Below, one piece after another: positions 51,966-63,762 of a stretch of DNA of 64,000 nucleotides. The notes beneath the pieces are model-generated. The model was not told where the DNA came from and ran no database searches. It was given only the letters and a program-made list of their open reading frames with translations. The stretch comes from Antedon mediterranea. Its lineage: Eukaryota > Animalia > Echinodermata. Position 1 is the first letter of the stretch; every line of letters begins with the position of its first letter. The stretch lies in assembly GCF_964355755.1 (NCBI RefSeq), contig NC_092677.1:17878101-17942100 (forward strand), read 5' to 3'. Made by a program: the position numbers and the translations under genes.

Positions 51966-54808
51966 ATAAAACCTATTATGTTTTTGTCTTGTAGAGGAAG
52001 TGTTACAAAAAGAAAAGTACTATTGTTGAAAACATTTTATATTTGTTGACGGTGGAATTAAGTTGCTGAAACATCTTTACGTTTTAAGACTCCTCTTATA
52101 GAAGTAGTAATTGGCCTATGTACAATATACAGTAGGCCTATAGTACGGGTTTTCAGCACCTTTTGTATATCAATTAAATATTTACGGAGGTCAATAAATT
52201 TAAACGATTGTAATGATAAGATGTGTTGAAATACTTCTGTTGGCTTGTAGCTCTACATTATTTACATGTTTGTGTGATTACAACGACATGTTGACACACA
52301 GGTCGTTTTGTCCTGGATATTGATAACATAATATTAACACAAGCGCACATGATAACCGATAAGTGTTATTCTATCAACTCGGTGGGGGACCTGATCACAA
52401 AACTTATATCTCAAGAAGTCGTTATATAAAACACGAACTTCGATAACACGGTAAGTGCTTCGACAATAATCAAGATCTAGGGGCAATCGTGTAGCCACTT
52501 AAGTTTAACACGTTGGTCAAGTCTATAATTACTAAATATTGCTAAATTATCATGTTTGAATATTTGTTTAACATCAAAATAAAGAACAAAGATATAAAAG
52601 TCATTGTTCGTTTAGAAATTTAAATGTGAACATAAATCAGCACGAAAACATTAATCAATTTGAAATAATCTTAAAACATAAGTACTGTAATGTTAATATA
52701 TCTTACTCAGCGCTGTTATAGGTCTATTTATTTTCTTATTTCTGCCGTAAAAGGTTCAACGAATTCCAATTGGCAGCAGCGGCTTGTACTGTATGTTATA
52801 CCTGAGTGACTTAAACTCAGTGGTAGCATGTTAGACAAACATCAAGCGGCAACAACTTACACGGGCAACCATGTGTGGTCGAACAACGGCCCCAGAACCG
52901 CAGTGCGGATTAATATCTCCTTTTATTATTTCATAAATACAGAACATACTAAACCTTGAAGAGGCGAAATACTTTTAAATGTTGACGTGTTTTATTTTCC
53001 ACCGCGATGAGTCTGATTTGAAGCCCCCTATGGAGTTCTTATATGTTGAGTTGATACTACACTCGTTAGGAGATGAGTGTGCATTCGGTGTAGACGAAGC
53101 CTGCAGCGGGGTCGGGTGCCGAGAACAAACTGCGGCTTGGTACTGTCAAGCTAGTTGAGAAGAAAAACCTGCATAAAACATCCCTATGGTAGCCTTTTCT
53201 ATAGCGGTCATTGTCTGTGAAACAGCTGCTATATAATAAAATATGCGCGTAAATAACACTAAATTAATATTATTAATGTATTATTAGACAAAATAAGTTG
53301 ATAAACTATTTAATTTGCATGTATATATCGTTAGATATTTCAATTGAATTATTAACTTAATCACAGTTTTGTGGGATTAGAGTAGCTATTTCTTTTGGAA
53401 ATTCTGATAGAGGTGAATGCCCTGGTTGGAACCTATGGATATGATATTGGTAGGCTACCTGAAAGATACACCAGTAATGCAGAGGTAATTCAATATATCA
53501 ATTATAATGAAGCGAAATATTGAACTCATGTTTAAAAACATGTTTTCTATTGTAAAGATATATTTGTGTAAAAACTATACAAAATCATAAGCTAAAAGAT
53601 AAAAAACTTGTCCACATCTTTTCCTACATTATATCTGATGCCAGTGTATACTAATTATTGAAATGGAAAACTAAAACATCGTTAGAAGATTCAAACCATC
53701 AAACCATCTTTAAAGTCATAATTGGCTATGAAACGTTAAAATAACATATTTAAAACAACCTCATGTTTGACTACACTGCTAAATAACGCCTGTTAGATTA
53801 GACTACATTTCATTACTGAGCGTTTTAAGATCAATACGGTAGTGTGTATCTGTTAATTTAAGAGATAACAATTAGAGTCAACGAGACTATTGGTATCTGA
53901 ATTGAGTCAGATTCAATTGATAATAGTTGTTATTTCTAATAAGTTGTAGATGGTATATTATGATTGACACGCTGTCGATCACTTTTATCAGATACTGTAA
54001 TGAATTGATTCAGCAGTGGTTGGTGAATAATATGCCTATCGGAAGCAAGTGGCGGCTTAGTAGGCACAATGTACCTAATCCTAATATATTCATACCTATC
54101 TATTATATTTGATCATACGCGAACGTATTACAGGAAATACGTACCAATCTATTACTTGGATTAGAAATACATACAAAAACCTCGACAAGGATTCCATTTT
54201 TGTCGAGCATTAGGAGATACGGTTAATTCAATAAGAAAATCAAATTACTCAGGGATACAAAGTTCCAAACTTTCAATACCCTAGACACCAACACTCACAC
54301 ATTTCTGCTTCATAGTAGGACACTTAGGCGCAATTTTGTAACCGAATGTCATACTTAGTAATACTAAATTAATGTTCATTTTCCTGTGTATGTTTAAGAT
54401 CTTCGCACGCACTATCTATCTCTTTTGAACTATTTATGAAACAAGTGGCCTAAATGTCTATAAGGAAATACAAAGCATAAACAAAATATCAGTTGATATC
54501 CGAAATCAATTTAGATTTCATTTTACAAATAATTGTATATTTTTATAATTATCTAGATCAATGTCGAGTCAAGTGAAACATAAATTATGTTACACATTCC
54601 TAGACTGTGTATAAATCTATGATACCAATGTTAATTAAAGAGAAATCATATGTCACATTTTAATTAATATCAAGTCGTAGTAATTATAATCAATTATATA
54701 TGTTTTTCTAGAAATAACTTAAATTTACCATATGCATTGGATTTTTGTCATGAATAGGCCTATATCCAGTTGGGAATATTTAATAGTCTAACTCAGTGAG
54801 CAGTTCTA

Positions 54809-54824
54809 CCCATAGGGGGCGCTG
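54809..54824 (+). promoter_or_regulatory. CTCF-like motif
   Basis: CCCATAGGGGGCGCTG resembles the CTCF core CCASYAGRKGGCRS. Confidence 0.3.
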
Positions 54825-55088
54825 TAATAGCTACGTTTTGTCGACATTTTTAATACATGTGCTGCTCGTTGTTGCAAACAAATTAAATGCTTGTCGACTT
54901 ACTTGTGATATTTAATAAATTGTGTTTATTTGTGGATACATGATTGATTATTAGTGGAAATAAGCCAGGAATATGAATAATAATTCAGTGGCTTATTTCA
55001 ATGAAAAATCACGGGAGAGAATTCGAACGTTTCCCTTGAACCCCAGATAAAAAGTTGACGGGAACCACAATTTGTGTGGCTAACGTAC

Positions 55089-55240
55089 CTTCTCTAAATC
55101 ATCAGTTTTCGTTGGGGCTATTGCATCTCCAAGGACTTTCCAAGAACTCCTATTGCTAAAGTTTTCAAAATTACCACTCCCGCGACAATCGACTTCCGAA
55201 CAACCGCCACTTAGATCAAGGACTTTCTCTGACAGGAGAA
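55089..55240 (-). CDS. Candidate 152-bp internal coding exon of an unidentified gene
   Basis: tcttatttgtttcatttcag| acceptor and AAG|gtacgt donor; 50 open codons LLSEKVLDLSGGCSEVDCRGSGNFENFSNRSSWKVLGDAIAPTKTDDLEK (phase 1 to 0). Confidence 0.45.
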
Positions 55241-58200
55241 CTGAAATGAAACAAATAAGAAAATATAAATAATAAGAAGTAATTAATAAAATATGAATCG
55301 ATAAACATTCTTATATGTTCTGTCCACTGGGGTCAAAATTTATAATTCGTCAGGGTTCAGCATTGCTAGTGAAATAAATGCTAAAATGTGTGGGTATGTC
55401 TATGTGGTCAACGCGGCTACGTAATTTTCCTCGTCAAATTTAATCATACATTAAAAAGTCGTAACTTATTATATAGTACTGAATTAATAGTTTCGCCAGT
55501 TGGTACTTAAACGGTTTTTGTAAATCGTAATCCCGGGAGTCCCCTACTTTCTTATCCGTAACAAGCGACACATGAACCGATTCATTGGTCCGAAGTTTCC
55601 GACGTGCCTGATTTACTACGAACACTAACGATACTTAGGAACACATGAGGAAAATAGGTTCCACGGACCTAGATTTTAAACGATAAATATAGGCTAAGCA
55701 ATCCGACGACTATTTAGGACGTAGCTATAAAATATGGGACCTGCTCATAAAACTGTTCAATTTATTAATAAAAATGCGTAAACTTTTCGTAATATTATAC
55801 TTTTTACGAGGTACCATTGTTTTATGTGTTTACTGGCTTTTGTTTAACAAGCCAGCGCAAGATTTAAAGAAGATTATTTTACAATAAAACGGGGTTAGGG
55901 CACAGCAAACGAATATTTTATAAACACGCTTGTTACTATGGTTATTATTACAAGCGATTACGTGCAATTAACTTTTCTATTAGATTCTATAGGGAGACAA
56001 AATCATATTACAGAACATTGGTAAGAACTACATTTTAAATTTAACATTCTAAAACTATTTAGGCCTACTAATAAATAGCTTAAATGGAAATTCATAGAAT
56101 CAATTTATATAATGACCAATAAATTAAAATATGTTTACTTAACAAAACCACTTTTTCCACAAACATTATTATTGTTTCTGTTGATTAACAGGCCTAACCG
56201 GTACTTTAGTAACACCCGGTATTAAGATCAACCAATGACACTCCACCATGGAGGCAGTCGACTTTACTACGTTAGTTGTGGTTTATGCGCAGTTGCTATT
56301 TGATTGTTCGTAAGATTCTGATTTCCGCGCGCAGCACGCTTCTGACGAGCCACCCAATGGAATTAAAAGAAACAAACAATTACTAAATTCCATTCTTCTT
56401 GTTATTATTTCTACAATACCAAGAAATTTTATTTCATATTTAATTACGTCATCGGACTATATCAGGTCAATAACCGGAAAGTCATTTTTGTAATACAGTA
56501 TTCATATTATGATTATAACACTTTAAGATTCTACAGATTTTGATTATATCTAAATCGTTAGTTGGTACAACACAAAGGGCATACTTAGAACTCGTTTAAT
56601 TGTTGCTATAATAAGGAATGTTTATGAGTGCAATGGTACAAATAATGTCATGGGGTAAAAACAAAACATTTTATGAGGTGAAAATATAAAATTTCATCTT
56701 TTACCTAATGAAATTGCACGAATAAAACATTCAGAAGAAGAATTTACTCTAGTGTGTTTAATGAAATCTTGCTTTGAAATAATATGTTACTTGGCACTTT
56801 ACATAAGTAGGCCTATGTATCAAATTCCAACGTCAATAAATTAACTATTAATTAGCCCTAACAATTAAAATATTAATATGGCAGAATATGGTTCATTTTT
56901 GTTAGGCATATACTCTTTATAGGAGAGTTTAAAAATCAGATTTTTGTTATTTTTATAAATCATGGAGAAAAAATTATATAAGTGAAGGTATATTGTGTAT
57001 GCCTGAAATTTTGTTTGTTGAAGTTTTAGAGGATCTTCTTTTGTGCTGTTACTGTTATTAACATTGCTATAGGCCTACGGTTCCAAATTATATTTCAGAT
57101 AGTAATTTTAGCAGTCATAGACATTTTCTATCCATCTGCTTACAGCGGTTATCGACCCCGAACTGTAAGTAAATTGTGTATTTTGGACTACCTACAGAGT
57201 TGGACCAACACTGGCGTATTGCTTGACCCTGTTCTAACCCAATCTGATGTCAACACTCAACAACATAAGCTCTTCTGCTTATTGTATTTTTACCTTCTAA
57301 CCTTCTTAGGTTTTGTTGATGCTAAATTAAATCAACAGGGCCGGAGGGGACTATCGCCGTATGCATTACAATGTACCTGCATTCTATAGATCTAGACTGA
57401 CATTCATACCGAATAATAAAGTTAAAGAATACGTGTATAATATGGGCTGAATTATAAAACATACACAGTTTGCGAGTTTTAAAGTTTGTTTAGACATGCC
57501 TTAAAGAATGTATCCTTTGGATTGCGATGTTATTCTTCAGAGATTAAGTGTGCTAATTTATATAGTGGACACATTTGCTTTTTACCTGTGGGGGTTTTCA
57601 ATTTGAACTCGTCAGGTCAAAATTGGAATGTTTGATGATATCTATTAATAATAAAATTGAAATAATAATAAAAGATTCTTTCAACATAACAACCTAATAA
57701 TCATCTCTAAATCTCATAAACAAAACTTAGAAGTTACTTGATGCAAATAAATAAACTGTTTAAACTAAGTTTACTTAGTGGTCCATGGCAGGCAAACACG
57801 TTTTAGGTAGCATAAAATGATTACAAAACTCTAATGTGAAAAAAACCAATAATAATATGCATTTTTGAGGCCGTTGTGTATCATTGTTGATACAAAATAT
57901 AAACACCTTTTATATTAAACTATATCACATATTATGTGGAAATTAATTGTTCAACCTTTCCAACTTCATCTGGAATAATGACATAAGGTGTAGGCCTATA
58001 CATACTATGAATGTATTTTTAGACCCTAATGTTTATATACTTGTTAATGTAATAATATTTTATAAATGTGTGTATTAAGATAAGTCCATATTTATTTTAT
58101 TTTTTTGCACAAAAATGGTGCCTCATTCATTCATTTCATTTATCCTCAATGGTGAAACAATAAAGTTAGTATTATTATTATTATTATTACTACACAATTT

Positions 58201-58244
58201 GATCAATACAGATCTATATATTATTATTACTATATTATTATTAT

Positions 58245-58411
58245 AAATCCAAAGGCAAATTACTGAAAAAATGACAATGCTGTGGGTATCAGTGGCTGGA
58301 TCTCAATGGAGATACAAAATAAAAGCGAAAAGCTAAATCAAAACGAGAAGTAAAACAGCCAGAAAAGTTAGCAGATCTTTCGGGCAACACTAGCCCTTCA
58401 TCAGTGCAAGT
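58245..58411 (-). mobile_element. Penelope-like element fragment with minimal hammerhead motif
   Basis: Minus strand tgca-CTGATGA-A-GGGC-tagtgtt-GCCC-GAAA-gatc-tgc; flanked by (TTA)n; near-identical to 61136-61325. Confidence 0.7.
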
Positions 58412-58412
58412 C

Positions 58413-58552
58413 TATTATTATTATTATTATTATTATTATTTATATATATATATATATATATATAAATTACATTTCAGTATATATATATATACTGACGAGA
58501 TCTAATAAGATCGAAACAACACTGTCTGCAGATTGGATATATATATATATAT
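58413..58552. repeat. (TTA)n/(TA)n microsatellite blocks interleaved with element fragments
   Basis: Seen directly; further (TA)n runs at ~58908-58916, 59083-59113, 61107-61129 and 61346-61362. Confidence 0.9.
58492..58531 (+). ncRNA. Type I hammerhead ribozyme core (5' strand of stem I replaced by TA repeat)
   Basis: CTGACGA-GATCT-aata-AGATC-GAA-ACA-acac-TGT-C; predicted GUC cleavage site after 58526. Confidence 0.75.
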
Positions 58553-59079
58553 AAACACATCAGGCTATGAACATTAATTCTAAACCGCCCGGTGATATAC
58601 TGAAATTTAATTAATTAATTTGAAACGATAAAGATGAGGAAATCTGTGAGAATGAGAAAAAGTTGCCCCAACCGAGACTCGAACTCGGACCGCCTGCTTG
58701 ATATGCAGATGTCCTAACCATTAGACCACTGGGGCTTTCATGGTATTGTTCGAACTCGATTGGATAGCGACTCTTTAACATTCTCGGCGTGGTACGGTGG
58801 AACAGCACTAGTCCTCAGTTGTACGCACGCGCACCAGAGATCAAATTGATACGCCCTCATCCTTCAGTATTTTTATTCACGAGGCGGGATCTCCGAAGAG
58901 ATACTTTTATATATATAAACACATCAGGCAATGAACATTAATTCTAAACCGCCCGGTGATATACTGAAATTTAATTAATTAATTTGAAACGATAAAGATG
59001 AGGAAATCTGTGAGAATGAGAAAAAGTCGCCCCAACCGAGACTCGAACTCGGACCGCCTGCTTGATATGCAGATGTCCT

Positions 59080-59082
<3 letters not shown>
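58553..59082. mobile_element. Partial tandem retroelement-like unit (364-bp period) carrying a tRNA-like gene
   Basis: 58553-58718 is repeated almost exactly at 58917-59082; both ends abut (TA)n. Confidence 0.75.
58664..58735 (-). tRNA. tRNA-like gene, anticodon ATC (Asp-reading), repeat-borne
   Basis: GCCCCAG TG GTCT AATGGTTA GGAC A TCTGC ATATCAA GCAGG CGGT CCGAG TTCGAGT CTCGG TTGGGGC A: all four stems pair, A and B boxes are present, and TTTTT follows 2 nt downstream. A32 is atypical. Confidence 0.7.
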
Positions 59083-59118
<36 letters not shown>

Positions 59119-61135
59119 TTCTATATGATTTGATATTTTGCTAACACCTTACTTAAAAGGCGTTTATTGTAACTTGATATGTAATAAGAAAAGTTTAGCT
59201 TTCGTTTGGTGTATTTGCCTGCGAAATTATGAAACAAGAGACGTTATTAATACTACGCCTCTTTCAAATCGTCGCGTACAAACTAAAGGCTGAATTGACA
59301 TAAGTCCATTTTCAATTATCAAAACCGTATGAAAAGCCAACCTTTTATCAAACTCCTTTTCTAAACAAACTCATGTATTAAGTTACTGTAATGGATCGAT
59401 GAACCAATTCTAGTTATCGTTTCTGTTGACAGTGGCTGTATGATGAAACTGCATCAATTCAGCCTATCTGTTCGTTTACGCATACTTGCTGAAATCAATT
59501 TTCTTACCGCGCTTTAGTTGTTCCGACAACAGCGAAAATCATGTGACAAAAATTTCAGATACAACAATTATAATACTCTACTATTTATTTTGAGGAATAA
59601 GGCGATATAACTTCTTTATGGTCATGTTATGTAAAATAAAATGTGAACTAAAAAGCAAGAGAAGTTAAACTACACATTATAATGAAAATAATAATTAATA
59701 GAAAATGATATTTTTTTGTGTAATTCAATTTGAAATAAATTCGTACATAGTTATATTTATAACAAGCAAAACATGAAAAGACAAATCAGCGAAATGTTAT
59801 CTAACATTTTATTTATATAAATACAATTGATTTTATTTTCCAACAATTATGTCTAAGTTCTTTACATTATCCAAAACACGCGTCTTCACTTTGAAACGCT
59901 GGCGGCAATGTTTCAAAAATGTTCCCAAACGATGCGATGTCAAACTATTTACATTCGCTTCTCTAATTTGTCGTCATTTTAAAGTAAAAGAACTATTGTA
60001 TAATAACTCATTGTACTAAATGATGCTATGCAAAGCAGAACATACAATGATATCAAACAAGAGTAGGTTATCTATATTTAGTCGTTTCAATTCAATCCGT
60101 TTGCTGTCTTTATTCCAAAGTTTATTATTTACAATATAAACTTAAAGTTCAATTTTTAACGTCCCATAAGACTTAACAAACAAAACTGTTGTAAGTACAA
60201 ATTACAAAGCTTTCTTTGTGGTATTGTTTAAAGCGATACGTATAGGTTTGGTAAAGTTTGTATAAATAACGAAGAACTGAGTTTGTTTTTCGCACAATAT
60301 CATCAGTCGGTACGCAACCACGATTCTCTCATTCACACGAGCGTGTTTTGTGGGCGATGTTTACAGTGTGAAACACAAGAGTTTGATGGGTGTCGATGTA
60401 TAATGGAAGATGTGTTGATCTGCTAACAAAAGCTACTCAATGCAAGCGCGTTTTGTCGACCGTACAACGCACCGACGATAATCTTATTACTCGACAAACG
60501 CACAAGTGTGTTCAAACAGAGTAAACTTAATCATACAATATACGTATTTTAAACACGTAACACACTGGTGATATGTACAGTAAGAAATGTGTTAACTTCA
60601 ATAAACGGTTTAAAGTCAGTTTACGCCTGCAGTATTAAAAATATGCAAACGTTATAGTTACGCATGTCGTGATTACGATAACAGTCAGCGCTAAAGCTTG
60701 GTTCGAATTTGCCAATCACAAGTGACAGAATATTCGAACTGTAGCTATTGGCGTTGTCTCTTATAGTTGGCTTTATCTCTAGTACACAATCTCGATTTTG
60801 TAACTTATAAAAACAGATAAAATGGAAAAATTTGTGTTGTTTCATATTAGATTATTGATGTATTTATGTCAGTTACGTGAGAAATTTGTTTACGTACTAA
60901 GTACTGCCTACTTTACGTTACTCACCCGACCCGGATTGGTACGTGTGCATCGTATTGTGTACAGCGTGTTTAACGTAAGCACAAATCGTATATTATGAAG
61001 GTTTAAAATACGGTTCGACAACATCATCAGCATCATCATAATAAACATGTATTCCCAAATTAAAGCAATTGCGTCAGGAACGCCATAACAAAACAGAAAA
61101 TAATATTATATATATATATATATATATATGTATAA

Positions 61136-61325
61136 AAATCCTAAGGCAAATTACTGAAAAAAATGACAATGCTGTGGGTATCAGTGGCTGGATCTCAATA
61201 GAGATACAAAAAAAAGCGAAAAGCTAAATCAAAACGATAAAGTAAAACAGCCAGAAAACTTAACAGAGCTTTCGGGTAACACTAGCCCTTTATCAGTGAA
61301 AAACTTGGCCCTTCATCAGTGCAAG
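61136..61325 (-). mobile_element. Penelope-like element fragment with minimal hammerhead and a duplicated core half
   Basis: Direct copy of 58245-58411; minus strand CTGATAA-AGGGC-tagtgtt-ACCC-GAAAGCTC, preceded by a second CTGATGA-AGGGC. Confidence 0.7.
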
Positions 61326-61330
61326 CAAGA

Positions 61331-61346
61331 CTAACCCTAACCCTAA
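61331..61346. repeat. Short telomeric-type (CCCTAA)n tract
   Basis: ctaaccctaaccctaa between the PLE-like fragment and (TA)n. Confidence 0.6.
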
Positions 61347-62847
61347 TATATATATATATATACAAAAATATCACAGAAATGAAAATAACAATAAAAATTT
61401 ATCTTAACACGTCAAGCGGTATATTTCAATTGCAGTAAATCATATTAATACATTTTCTATTGGTAAATAAATTAACAAAACATGGCCACCAAGAATTGTT
61501 TGATAATAAATTGCACCAGAGTATCTAATACTTTGATGAAATATAGTAGTCCTGTGTTTTGGGAGATGAATTTTTATTATTAACATTAAATTTAAACATG
61601 TCGTAAAATATATGTAAATAATTAGGATTATAATACAGTTATGAACAAAAATAAATTTCTGCTAAGTATTTATATTTTTAATTGACATTATATTAAGTTC
61701 CTTAAATAGAGGACCCGTATTAGCTGTAAAAGAAGATTTTGAAATTATACGTATGATTCTTTTTTGAAGCAATGTTGATTTAGAAGATTTGATTGAAAAG
61801 TATTCCCCCAGACTACATTACAACATGAAAAGTAAGGAAAGAACAAGAGAATTAATTATATAAGGTAATGAGAATATTTATATGAACTAAATGTTTAATT
61901 CTGTTGATTACTCATATATACTTTTAGATATTTTAGTCACCAATTCATTGATATGGTTTTTCCAAGTTTTAACTGCTCATCAATGAAAACACCGAGACTT
62001 TTTGTCTGTTTCACTCTTTGAGTGTCATCATTGTTAAGTACAATTTTAAAATTATCTACATCATCAGCCTTCTTTTTCTTATTACTAATTATAATATAAT
62101 TAGATTTCTTTGAATTTAATGAAAATCTAGCCTAAACCATTCACAAATATAATATAGTTGGTTGTTGACAGTACGATTTTGTATTCGTAACGTACCACGC
62201 ACAAAACGGGTTAAAATATCATTTGAAAATCTTTTAACAACAAATCTACCATAATTTGAACTAGGTATAAGCATAACAGTTTAGTAATATTAGTTTTTAG
62301 CTCATTAATTAAGATCTGATAAGTGTTTTTTCAATCGATCTTTAACTGAAACATAGTCTCGAATGTCATAGTATCACAGCATGCATGGTAGCCTAACTCC
62401 CGGGAGAGGTTCTCTCGGGGTATAGGCTGCGTTGTAGAATGTTAAAGGTACCCCATAGGCGATAGAATCGGAGCACAGAGCGGCCTGACAGGTGTCGTAT
62501 AAACGACATTGTAACTGAGATCTCGTCTCACCTTGTATGAAAGCGCTTCTTTTTTTGTTCGTAGAGGTCGATGTTTCTGGTACAAATACCCTGGCAACCT
62601 CATTAAAACACACTCTGTGCAAATGGGCCGGGAGGCACAAACTGAGATACATATCAATGGAAACTTTGGATTGCACCTTAGTAATGACGCATCATTACAA
62701 GTAATTGCAGCCAAGCATTTTGTTCTCCAATGCAAGTTGTTTCAATGTGAAAATGGGCCTAATTAATGTGCGAGGACTGGGGAGTGGGGTGGGGTAGTAA
62801 ATATCAATAGAACCGTCGGGGGCTAATCTCATGATTGCATCTTTTCA

Positions 62848-62920
62848 TTACCTCCGCCAAGGAGGTTATGTAGTCGATCGCGTGTGTCTGTCTGTTTGTT
62901 AGTAGGATTACTCAAAAAGA
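62848..62920 (+). mobile_element. 5' fragment of a second HINE family
   Basis: attacctccgccaaggaggttatg (acctcc/ggaggt hairpin), then gtctgtctgtttgttag and ggattactcaaaaag. Confidence 0.6.
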
Positions 62921-63654
62921 CCAGGCCAGGATCCCATTTTGGGACCACTTATTATCAATATTATTTTTAGACCCGCTAGTGTTAAAAAGATAGGAGACAA
63001 TTTTCAAAAGCTAGCGATCTGGTACTGAGAAGTCTTTAACGTAACAAGTAAACTGAAATTGTATTTTCTCGAGAATAACTTCATTTTTTTTAGAGGAGGA
63101 AAGATTTTTTTTTTGTAATTTTTAATTGATTTAATGTACAAGGTTTTTTATACAAGTAGTTTTAAAAACCCCATTTTTGTTTCTGGCGCTTTGACAGGCT
63201 CGTCCATTATACTAGGGAACATACTTTTTTCTTACAATTTTCAAAGTTAATTTTGTTACCAGCATATGTGTAATTGTTGATTTCATTCTGTAAAACTTAC
63301 ATCTTAGTAAATTAGTACGGCCCTGCATGATTAATTAAACACCACAGTCTTAAGGAGATTATCAAGATCAGCTGATAATAACGTAACGCAAAAATATTAA
63401 ATAGGCAAAGAAAACTCTCACAATTTTTATTTATAAGGGAATTATACGAAGTTGAGCTTAGAATTATAGTAAAAATAAACAAAATATAAAGAAAAAATAA
63501 TTAAAAAAATATTAAATAAATTATTACAAAAAAATAATGATAACGGATACATTACCATTACACCAAACTCGCATTCACATGGGTGTTAGAGTGAAATTAG
63601 CCTGTAGTACAGGAAAACTGAAATATGGTTGAAAAAATTGCACAATCACAATGC

Positions 63655-63762
63655 ATTTCTATAAGGTCCCTATATGAACATGCTAAAAGTTTTTAAAAAA
63701 CCTATTTCCCCTACAAAGTTTTCTAGACTTTTGATATGTTCATATAGGGACCCTATAGAAAT
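63655..63762. repeat. Imperfect long inverted repeat (probable MITE interior)
   Basis: atttctataaggtccctatatgaacat ... atgttcatatagggaccctatagaaat, with further pairing inward. Confidence 0.8.

Noticed and set aside
58245-61325. Two direct repeats as the LTRs of one 3-kb retroelement
   Set aside because: There are no TG...CA ends, PBS/PPT or internal coding remnants; each copy sits in its own microsatellite, and a third copy lies alone at 8.8 kb.
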